Shown in pieces: positions 13,825 through 24,100 of a stretch of 64,000 bases of DNA (its first letter is position 1; every line of letters starts with the position of its first letter). The DNA is taken from assembly GCA_030264375.1 (NCBI GenBank), contig JASCQW010000190.1:70396930-70460929 (forward strand), written 5' to 3'. This DNA is from Carcharhinus longimanus (lineage: Eukaryota). Made by a program: the position numbers and the translations under genes. The notes under the pieces were generated by a model that was not told the DNA's origin, searched no databases, and saw only the letters and a program-made list of their open reading frames with translations.

Positions 13825-14025
13825 TAAAATAGAAAAGTGCTGGAAAGATAGATGATCTGTGGAGAGAGAGAGACAGAGTTAACAGAGACAGGGATAACCT
13901 TGCGGCTCAGTATTTCAAACATCTGGAATGCTACAAACGCTCGGCAAGTTAGACAGCAGGGTAGGGGAAATAAACAGAGTTAACATTTCAGGTCACTGAG
14001 TAACTCTGCCGAGTGTTTCCCGACA
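13825..14025. mobile_element. Two tandem short fold-back repeats related to Penelope-like terminal repeats
   Basis: tgctggaaa...atctgtggagagag...acagagttaac motif twice; inverted repeat 13935-13951 / 14001-14018. Confidence 0.6.
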
Positions 14026-14691
14026 AAAGGAGGCTGTAACCTTTTCAAAATGAAATGCCTCCATTAGCCTGAGTTACTTCAATGAGGTGCTCTGGAAACC
14101 AGAACAGTTCGAGGTGCCATTCCCGTCGACGAGTGTCACTGTTTAGCCGTTATCTTCAATAACCTAACTCCTGCAAAATAAATGACATACTTTCACAACT
14201 TGTATGTCAAAAATTGAAGAAATGAGCTGAAATGATTTGTGCTATATTGCATGAGCTATATTTGGAAAAATCCACATCTGTCAGGTTTCCTCTGCAGAAA
14301 TGCGGCACTCATTACAGCTAACCCTATATTTTTGAACATAGCTGCTGACTAAAAGACATACAATTAGTTAAAATAGCAACAAATACAACCCCTAACCTGG
14401 AAGATGTTGGCATTGAAATTTAAAGATATCCTCCTCCTCTTGAGACTAGTTTATTCGTGATAATTAATCAATAGAAGCTGACTGCTATTTTTAAAATATA
14501 TTTCACGAAGGGAGAAAGAGCGATGAAATTCCACCTGTCGATAATTTTAAGGAGATAAAATGCCATGAATTTACAAAGAAGTCACGTTTCCTACTGATGT
14601 ACTCAGGGTAACTTGGGACCACATAATGGGACCAGAGGAATGTTGCCCCAACGTGTGGCGAATGCCAACGTGTATCACCTGGCAAGACTTC

Positions 14692-14705
14692 CCAGCAGGG
14701 GGAGC
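14692..14705 (+). promoter_or_regulatory. Candidate CTCF site
   Basis: CCAGCAGGGGGAGC, one mismatch to the core CCASYAGRKGGCRS. Confidence 0.45.
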
Positions 14706-17700
14706 TCTTTTGTGGATCCCTTGTGGGGGTACATTCTGGGCAAGAGGTCAGTTCATAGTGTGACCACAATAGTGTGTCTTTTATCTTTCCACGGAGTGTC
14801 TGCCGGGGCATAGCTTTACCCGGGAGCTAAAGAGCTGTGGAAAATTGTGAAACAACTTTTTTTTTGTACAGAGCACAAGTGGTCCTCAGTGATGTCACCA
14901 TCCCCAGAATTACATTGCACAGCCCATCCCCGGGTGGCGAATAAAATGCAATGTTTCAATTGCATTTTATTGGATTTTTCCAACAGCATAAGTCTCCAGA
15001 AAAACTCGGCGGCGGAGGGCGATTCTTTGGAGCTAGAGTTTACAATAGTAACTTGCCTTTAAAGAGAAAGAACAAAATCTGTTAGCGTTTGTTTGCATCC
15101 AGCTCTCCCAGGAACTAACTTGCCGCACACCTCTCCTAGTCAAAGACTTGCCCAAGGGCTCCAGGCTACGAATGACTAAGTTGAAATCCCACTATGACTT
15201 TAATGGGAACTTTGCCATGTCAATTTTTGGAAGGCGCGCTGCAAACATTTGCCTCCGATCCTTTAATCCCCCTCCTTCGAATGACTGAGGCAGAGTGAAT
15301 GGATTAAACGGCGCAACTCCAGGAGTAGCGAGGGCCACAGCAAGAAATTAACACGATTAGCAACTGATACCATGATGGCTTGAAAGTGAAACCATCAGCA
15401 TGGTAACCTTGACAAATACAACTCAGATGAGAAAGAGAGAGAGAGAGAGAACACTGAGACAGCCCAAACCCGCCTCTATCAAAATCGTAGCATTATTTTG
15501 TCAAGATTCTATGAAAAATGGAATTCGTGATTTTAAGATTTATATGGATTGTCAAAACGCCAGCAATCGTGCAGTGAAAACGACCAGAAGGCAAACAAAA
15601 CACACACAAAAGAATTTCTTAAATCTGCAATATTTCGCTTGACAAATCAGGCTTGTCCAATTCGCAAATCATTCAATCCTCAATCTGTTAATCACCTCTG
15701 ATTATATGGTCTAATAGAAATATTTTAGGGTTTGTCCTTTCAGGCTTCTTTTGTGTGTGTGTGTTTTTTTCTCTCCACAGATGTCGACAGCAATACCAAA
15801 TGCATGTTTTCAATCGTTGGGGAAATCTTTGTCAATATTGCAATGCCTGCTGAATTAAACTATCCCAGGCTGTTATATTTAAACATAAACCAGACCCCGG
15901 TCGTCTGATACAGGCCGGACACCAACACAACCAATTCCTAACGGAATTCGAGCTCCACACAACACCAGACTGAAAAAAAGGAATTTCCCCATCAAGCACC
16001 CACCTCTTCAGATATTTAAATAACAAATGATAATCGAGCCGTACAGTTGGTCCCTCTTATTTTGCACACACTTGTGTAAAACAATTAGATAAAGAGCGCC
16101 GTGAACCAAAATGCTGTACAAATTCAGACTTGCATAAATTAGGGATCGCTACATCAGTATTGATGATATAAAGAACACAAGTAGGACTGACAGTCATTTG
16201 CATACATCACAGCATTGTTCACATAGATAATCTTGATTTGAAGGCATTTTGTTTCCCAATGCTGTGCCGTGGTCATGTGCAAATTAATGTAGCAATCACC
16301 CCCACGTACACGATCAATACTCAGTTAAACTTTTGGTCCATTCCTGCCCGGGAGATATTTCCCATTATTCTGCATTATAAAAGGTGGTGGGTGAAGGCTT
16401 CCCTATGCGGCCAAAGCAGGAATAACTCAGTCTGCGAAACGTTTGCATTAACAGTGTGTGCATCTGACTGTGCACTGCCTAGTGTGGCACCTACTGTTTA
16501 TTTTCTCTCCCTCGGTTAGAGTAAATTCACGCGCGAATCACACAAAGCTCTGTCTCCAAAGAGAAGCTGAAAAATACAGTAATTATCACTCCTAACATCC
16601 ACACGTTGTACAATGGCCTGCCTATAGTCTCGGGGCTAGATTAGAAATCTCACTTTACCATCCAGTAATCCGGTTTCTGATGTTCTAGTGAGAGTCAGGC
16701 GGAGTATCCCGTCAGTAAAACAGAAAGCTTTTGTTTTAATTGAAGCTTCGGTACATATTGACGAGTGCCGTTACTGGATTACACAAGAGGAAATCTTTAC
16801 AATAATGATATTAGTGATTACAGTTTATCCATCCCTTCTGAATACAGGCGATGTAATTACTTTGAACAAAAAAAACTCTCGTCCTCCAGGCTCTTCTGAA
16901 TCTTTCAGTCAAATACATCGAATAAAGTTTGTATTAAACGGGTTGCCGCCTGCAAGAATTAATTCCTATTGTGCATTTGAGATTTAGCAACACCGCTGCC
17001 GGAGCCGCTGTTGCTTTCTCGGCTTTTTTTTGGCTTCTCTATGGCGCGTTTTCTAAAGCACTTTGGGCGTTCAGTCGCTGCGCGGTTTCACCCCCCACAA
17101 AAATAAAACATTTCACACCGCAACATAGCCACCTTGTTCCCCAAGGGGAATCGAGTAAACCGGGAACGGGAATTCTCTACCGTTTCAGCTTGATGGGGTG
17201 GGTGGGGAGTTGCGAGGCTTTATAAATGCTTAGATCCGCTCACGTTAAACGAGAAACGCGACGGGGGGAGAACAACGCATTTTCTGCTGAGTGGATTTTG
17301 CAGCGTTGGAAAGGGAGGGGGGTGGAGGGAAGTGCCGTGACAGTGTAACTCGGTAATTCACTACAGGCCAGCATTGTCTGAAGTAAAATACTCCACAACT
17401 GACGAAAAAAAATTAAAGACACGTGTGAGATATACAACCTAATGTGCAAAGCAACGCGAATCACAATGTTATTTACTAAAACTAAACACAAACCATACAG
17501 GAAAAAGGACTTCAGCTGGGGTGGGCGGGCACCATTCTCATTTGTCCACCTTTGGCTAAAAGGCAGAATGAGCGTGAATGTCACATTTAACACCAGATCT
17601 TGAAATGAGTGGTGACTCAAAATATCTGGTATACAGCTGTATTTGGAGGGGGTCCACTTCAGCAGCGAGTGGAACAGATGCGAATCTTATAATAAACTCT

Positions 17701-17919
17701 CATTTCGACATTGTGGCTGTGCACACAGTGCGTGGCCCCTGTATTTACCAACACGCTCCAAACATTACCACAGTAACTACTCTCCTCCACCTGCACATTT
17801 GTAAAGCAAAAGTTATTGTCAAAATAGCAATAACAAAAATAGAAGTCCTGATAAATTTAGAAGAACGCATTAACCTATCAGACCCTTTCTTCCGGGTATG
17901 GGGGGGGGGGCGGCACTAG

Positions 17920-17961
17920 ACACAACTGCAAACACAACATAGTTTTAATAACAAATTTATT
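17920..17961 (-). terminator. POU3F4 polyadenylation signal
   Basis: Minus-strand AATAAA (17956-17961), then ATTAAA and a GU-rich element ATGTTGTGTTTGCAGTTGTG; further AATAAA hexamers near 18060 and 18275. Confidence 0.65.
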
Positions 17962-19270
17962 TGAACAGATTTGATTTCTTTGTACACCAAAATGAAATTC
18001 TTGTCACCAAATCACAAACTTAAATCGTGTTACAATCAAATCTGACATCAAATATATAATTTATTAAACAACAAACATTTTTTTACTGTTTTCTTTAACG
18101 CGTGATTCTGTCTTTGAAAAACATAATACAAAATCCGAAGAAAATAAATTACTGTTCGCAGCCTCCATAAGTAATCCAAATATAATCGTTGAAAAAGAAA
18201 CATTTAAAGAAAATATCTTATATTTCGGACCAGCACCTGATCCGTCTTCTTTTTAAATTTAAAAAGTTTTTTTTATTTATTTTTTCCCTCCCTCACCTCT
18301 TAAAAAATTGGCAGGTTTTTTTGAGTGCTCGCTCTAAACTCCACTGAAATGGGCGCCGATGAGAATAAAAAGGTCTGGATGGATCCAGAGGCAAATATTT
18401 GTGTGAGGAAAAAAAATATTTGCCTGATTTCTATCCCTATACCAGCGGTTTACACGGCAGTGTTAATGGGTTGCTTTTTTTTTGCAATTGAGACGCCCGA
18501 AAAATTATCTTTACATAAAAATTAGTGCAACTGAGGTCGAAAGCCTTTCAAAAGATTTCTCCCACTGTTGCGGACGAGTTGGGTCATTTGGACATTAGCT
18601 GCCAAAAATTTCGATTAAACGGCTTACACACACACACATATATATATACTTTTTTTCCTCCAATATATCTTGATTCTGTTGTTAAACTGTTTTCCGGGAG
18701 CCTAAGACCGTTTGTGTGCATTTCTTACAGGCCAGTTCAATAGACAATAATACTGCAGGTTTTGATGGCAGATTCTCCTGCTGAAAACCAGTTATTAAAA
18801 TAAAGGTTGTGGGGAGGGAGGGAGGGAAGGAAGGAAGGGGGTAATAATGCCGTCCATAGCAACAGATTCACCTGATATAGCCGAGTTCACCAAGGCGCTG
18901 ATGGGTGTTAGGCACACAGTCGGACTGAAATCCTTGTCTGAACAAAACAACTAACCACACTTGTGGCAAAACAATGTCCTCGATAATGTTTTCTTCACCA
19001 CAGATGTGGGCAATGTCAACATGACTGTTAACTGTACATAGTTTAGGAATTTCGCCTGCTCGCAGACTTTGTGGTTTTTTTTAATTGTGATATACAAATT
19101 TCTCTTCTCTGACCCCCACCCCCTCCCCTTTGCCCTCATTGTGACAGTCAAATATATAATTTAAGGGGGGAGGGAGGGAGGGAGGGGGAGGGATGAAGCG
19201 CATCCCATTCATTTGCTGAGTCCCAAGTTCCAGCGAGTCGCAGCAGTGCCCATTTGGTGAGGGCTCCCGG
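17940..19270 (-). other. Putative POU3F4 3' UTR (about 1.3 kb)
   Basis: AU-rich, transposon-free segment between the stop codon and the poly(A) signal. Confidence 0.6.
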
Positions 19271-20660
19271 TTAAAGGTCGTGGTGTGTCGGTGTCTCTGG
19301 GTCAACGCTATGAGAAAACCCTTCGTCTGCTTGGTGCAGGCCGGGGGGAGTCATTCGTTTCTCCTTTTGCCGCCTGTTACAAAACCAGACCCGCACAACT
19401 TCTTTCTCTAACTGCAAACTGTCGGCTAGGCTGGAGATCTCCTGGGCTGCAGGTTTGGGGCACTTGAGGAAATGGGTCTCTAAAGCCCCTTTGACACTCA
19501 CCTCTATGGACGTGCGCTTCTTCCTCTTCCTGCCCTGCGCCGCGATCTTGTCGATGCTGGTCGGGCTGCCCGTGGTGGAGTCCGCCTCTTCCAGCCACTT
19601 ATTGAGCAAGGGCTTGAGCTTGCACATGTTCTTGAAGCTGAGTTGCAGCGCCTCGAACCTGCAGATGGTGGTCTGCGAGAAGACATTCCCGTACAAGGTG
19701 CCCAGCGCCAGCCCCACGTCGGCCTGGGTGAAGCCCAGCTTGATCCGCCGCTGTTTGAACTGCTTGGCGAACTGCTCCAGCTCGTCCGAGGTGGGGGTCT
19801 CCTCGTCCGAGTGGTCGTGACAGTGGTGGTGATGGTGATGGTGGTGCGGGTGGCCCAGTTCTCCGTGCTCGCCGCTGTCCCTCAGCCCCGCCGCCGGGTG
19901 CATGCCCCCCTGGCCCACGCCGCCGCTCGGAGGGGGCGGAGGGGGCGGCGGGGGTCCCACATGGTGNNNNNNNNNNNNNNNNNNNNNNNNNNNNNNNNNN
20001 NNNNNNNNNNNNNNNNNNNNNNNNNNNNNNNNNNNNNNNNNNNNNNNNNNNNNNNNNNNNNGCGAGCCGTGAGTGTTTCCGCTCCCGCCGCCGCCGCCTC
20101 CTCCGCTCCCGCCGCCGCCGCCGCCCCAGGCGTGTGGGGACTGGTGCGCGATGTGGGCCGAGCGGTGGTGGAGGCTGGCCCCGCTGTGCAACTCCTCCCG
20201 GGCCGGCTTCACGTCCTGCTGGCTCAGGGGGCTGGCCGCCAGCGCCGTGGACCAGGGGCTGCCCTCGGGTAGAGCCGTCACCCACTGATGGGAGAGGGGA
20301 TGCCCATTGCTGGGGAGTCCCTGCAGGTAATCACTCTGGATGAGTTTCTGGTGAGTCCGAAAGCTGGCGCCCGCTTGCTGCATGCTGGACGCCTCGCCGT
20401 GGACGATGGAGTTGGAAGTGAGGATCCCAGTGCTCGGCATGTAGAGATTGGAAGCGGCCGTGGCCATGGCTCTGGCGAGTCCCTCAGTAATAATAAGCTG
20501 CCTCCGGGAAATAAGCTCCAGTCTTTGACAACAAAGCTTAGGTAAAGGGGGTCACCAGGGGAGCTCACTGATTGGCAGCCTCCTGAACCAATGGCAGGGC
20601 ACGCCAGGGTTAGCAACAGGCCAAATTCTGCGGCGTCATGACGTTCTTGACCAATCAGGA
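19200..20660. promoter_or_regulatory. CpG island over the POU3F4 body and promoter
   Basis: Very high GC and CpG density compared with the CpG-poor flanks. Confidence 0.85.
19271..20467 (-). CDS. POU3F4: POU domain class 3 transcription factor 4 (Brn4), single exon; assembly gap at 19967-20061
   Basis: MATAASN start in good Kozak context (gagccATGG); POU-specific domain ([25 protein letters not shown]) and POU homeodomain ([10 protein letters not shown]...[14 protein letters not shown]); Brn4-type [37 protein letters not shown] and terminal HDL. Confidence 0.97.
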   Translation of the reverse strand: MATAASNLYMPSTGILTSNSIVHGEASSMQQAGASFRTHQKLIQSDYLQGLPSNGHPLSHQWVTALPEGSPWSTALAASPLSQQDVKPAREELHSGASLHHRSAHIAHQSPHAWGGGGGGSGGGGGGGSGNTHGSXXXXXXXXXXXXXXXXXXXXXXXXXXXXXXXXHHVGPPPPPPPPPSGGVGQGGMHPAAGLRDSGEHGELGHPHHHHHHHHCHDHSDEETPTSDELEQFAKQFKQRRIKLGFTQADVGLALGTLYGNVFSQTTICRFEALQLSFKNMCKLKPLLNKWLEEADSTTGSPTSIDKIAAQGRKRKKRTSIEVSVKGALETHFLKCPKPAAQEISSLADSLQLEKEVVRVWFCNRRQKEKRMTPPGLHQADEGFSHSVDPETPTHHDL

Positions 20661-20698
20661 TGTTGGAGGTGGAGCCATTTCCAAATTGTGCCTGTTAT
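20468..20698 (-). promoter_or_regulatory. POU3F4 5' UTR and proximal promoter
   Basis: CCAAT boxes at 20571-75, 20588-92 and 20651-55; RFX-like GTTAGCAAC at 20609-17; palindrome CGTCATGACG at 20634-43; SOX-like AACAAAG at 20530-36. Confidence 0.7.
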
Positions 20699-20719
20699 NN
20701 NNNNNNNNTGTCTGGGACT

Positions 20720-21137
20720 CTTTCCCCTCTCTCCCTCTACCTCTCTCCCTTCCTCTCCCTCTCTCCCTACCTCCCCCTCTTTCTACCTCCCCCTCCTCTA
20801 CCTCCCTCCCCCTCTCTCACTCTGTCTCTCTTCCTCTGCCTCTCTCCCTACCTCTTATTCCTCCGTCCCCCCTCCCTCTGCCCTCTCCCTACCTCTCTTT
20901 CCCCTACCCCTCTCTCCCTATCTCTATTCTTCTCTCCCCCCTCACTGTCTCTCTCCCTCTGCCTCTCTATCTCTTTCTCCCTCTGCCACTCCCCCCTCAG
21001 TCTCTCTCCTCTCTCCCTATCTCTCAACTTCTCTCTCTCCCTCTGCCACTCTCTAGATGCTCCTCTTCCTCCCTCTACCTCGTCCCCTTCTCCCTTTCTC
21101 TCTCCCTCTCCCTCCCTCTCCTTCTCTCCTTCTCTCT
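20720..21137. repeat. Polypyrimidine/polypurine low-complexity tract (about 420 bp)
   Basis: Nearly pure C/T on the + strand (ctctccct units). Confidence 0.95.
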
Positions 21138-24100
21138 GTTGTGTTTTAAACTCCAAACCCCGACTGTCGACCCAATGAGGAAATCAAAGGAAGCGCCGCA
21201 GCCCATTGGATACCCCATGCTGGGTAACTGACAGCTCACATCTTTACTGAGGGTTAACTCTTGGTGGAGCAAGAGACACCCCAATTTGTCCTATTCAATC
21301 TGGCAAAGTTCAGATCAGTACTTTAGTTGGAAATCTGGGGGGACTCCCTAGCTCACTCTCAACCCCGGTTCTTAGAGAAAATCTAAAAAAAACTCGGTGC
21401 AAACTTCAGTTGAAAAGTTATTTAAAAGCAAAGAATCTACCACTTTTGCACCATCTTCGAGGCGTCTCGAACGATTCAGCAGCAAGTAACGTGGCTGGTT
21501 ACTTCAAGTGCCTAAATCTCACTGATCTGGAGTTAAAAACGAATGTTCATTTTCCATAGTCAGGTCAGCTGGGATTTGATCGAAGTTGAACATTGTGGCT
21601 GTTGGATAACTTTTTTTTGCATGGAGAGGGGGCTTATTAAATTATTCTTATTTTGTTCGATTCGCAAAATGATCAGGGCACAAAATGCTTATTAAAAATG
21701 TAAATCGTGTGCATATATGTGTGCCGTGCTCCATCAAATATACCAGCACTGGACCCTGGGCTAACTCCCTTCATGACAAAGCCTTGGGAAATTATTTATA
21801 CCAGGAAGTCTTTTCAAAGGATGGAGACTTTTCGCAAGCAGCGCGCTGCTAGGGAGAAATTAGGATGGCGGGGGCAGCCAACTCGTTCGCTGGGTTCCTG
21901 TATTCCGATAGGAAACCCGATAGGAAATGATGGGGGCATTTTATAGGCATTTAGAGATGTCGGGCACGCGGAATAATTACATTTGACATCGGTATAAGGG
22001 CTCCGGAGTCCAGCTATTGGTTTGAAATTCCATTAAATACAACGAGAGATCCGAGGTTAAGATTGATTTAAATTTGCATACATTTTCATATATTTAGGGC
22101 AAAATAAAGGAACGCCGGCAGAAGCTCTAAGCCATTGCCGACGACACTTTCTGTAAATTCGGCTGAGCTGAAATTTGGAAGGATCAGCGGCGGGTGAGAG
22201 GTGAGTATTTTCCAGTTCATTGTCTAGTTTGCAATACTTCACTAGGCAAGCTTTCACATGTGTATTTTCTTTAATTTAACTGTTTTAAGAGGCGCAGCTC
22301 TGTCATACATTCGCAACGTTTAGTGATCACAAGAAATTTGATTTTTTTTTGGGGGGGTGGCGGTGTAGTTTGTTTCGCAACCTTTTCGCTTCAACGTTGA
22401 GAACTCTCAAAGTGCTTGGCGAATTGATTTGCGATGTTTACCCAGTGGTGGCCGTAGCCGGTGAGAATGGCTTGTGTTAGACCGACGGGGAAGGGGGGAC
22501 AATGCACTGGGTTCAGAATTTAATGCCAGTGACCCAGCAGATCCAGTAATGCAACTGGATGTATTTTTGCCCCCCGAATGAAGCGAACCTCTCTCGCCTC
22601 ACGCCTTGCAAAGAGGAGGCAAATCCTCTCTGCATCCGGGGGCGCTGATCCAGCTCCAAGTCATGTTCCAGTGCCCTTGTTAAAAGTTTTTCTCTCTCTC
22701 TCTTGTTGTCGTCTTGGGTTGGAGAGATCCAGACTGGATCCGCTATCATTCTCAAGGTCAAGAGGGAAATTGGGGTGGGGGTGGGGAGCGGAGGGGGAGG
22801 AGGGGGGCATCACTCTGTGGCTCCACTCTTCCTGAACCCACATAACTTTCTGAAGTCTCCGAAGTCCGAGAGAGTTATCCAACTTTAGTCAGCCCGTCCA
22901 ATCAATGTTAAACAATAGCGGGAATAAACCGGCTTCAGAAAAAAAAACGGTCAGTTAAACATTGTGGAAAGCACTTTTTAATGTGAGAAACAGTCAAATA
23001 TCTGACCTTTGATTGCTGTAATTTTAATTTATAACGGCACTTCCTCAAATGCGGCGCAGGAAGATTGAGAAGAATCTCACCGGTTGCCGAAGCTGGATTT
23101 ACGGGTTGTTTTAGTTCGATTTGTCACGTTATGTGCTGGGATTTTTTCCCCTCTATCTTTTTCCTCCCCCCCTTGCAAAAAAAGTGATGGTGGAATCCCC
23201 TCTTGGCTCTTTCATGTTAGACTAACAGGCGCTAACTTCCCAAGTGTAACAGATGCGGCTCTCAGACGCTCTTTTATGCTGATTTCCTTATTCATAGACA
23301 CATTTTTGTGCCGATGATCTTCGTTACCATAGAGAGAGAAATAAAAGAGAGAACAGTGGTCACATTATGCCATATATCCACAGAGCAGAATAAAAAGAGG
23401 ACAATTCAAACGAGTAGACTGGCCGGACATGGGAGAGGGACCGAGCTATACAAGAGTGTACTGGCTCACTGTTCAACACATAATATATAATAACATATAA
23501 AATTGTATATCAAATCAATATTTCCGATTGAGAGTTGAACGATTCAATCTGTAAGAAAGGGATTTGTTTTGTGCCCCGGATTTGTGAATGGTTCTTGGTT
23601 AGATTTCCAGTCCCTCTCAATGGGGTAAACCAGCATAAAACCCCGAGTACAAACTGTCAATCAGTGTCAGGACCTTTTAGCTCCAACTTCACCTGCCTCT
23701 GTGAGCACTTCTGTTACAAAAACTATATTGTGTCCCGCCAGATCCTGTTGAAATCCATACGGCTTATTTTTTTTAAAGAGAGGGGGCTCCTGTGGTCTCT
23801 CCGCCAACACCAATGTCGTTTCGTTTTTTTTATAATGGAATTCCTTAGCAATAGTGATTACTCGCTGGTTAATCCGATGCTCACCCATTGGAAACGGGCA
23901 ACCGATCGGAGGCGCGAAATGACATTTCCCAGCCCCGTTAAGAAAGCGTTTGCTATAAGTTCAACCCGTCCAGTGAAATGCCTCAGGAGATAAGGGGAAA
24001 GCGGGAGGGAGAGGGAGAGAGACAAGCATAGCTGAACTTAACCACGCTATTCGGTTATGAGCCGAGCATGACACGATGAGGTTTGTTTTTATTAGTAGTT

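Noticed and set aside
19271-20467. Intronless gene as a processed retrocopy, or as POU3F1, F2 or F3
   Set aside because: Class III POU genes are natively single-exon; there is a CpG-island promoter and no poly(A) scar; diagnostic residues match POU3F4.
19285-20616. Long overlapping and antisense ORFs (121, 209, 228 and 112 aa) across POU3F4
   Set aside because: Shadow frames of a GC-rich CDS with few stop codons; two are extended artificially through the N gap; no recognisable domains.
20638-21284. 197, 172, 122 and 102 aa Leu/Ser/Pro- or Glu/Arg-rich ORFs
   Set aside because: Translations of the C/T low-complexity tract.
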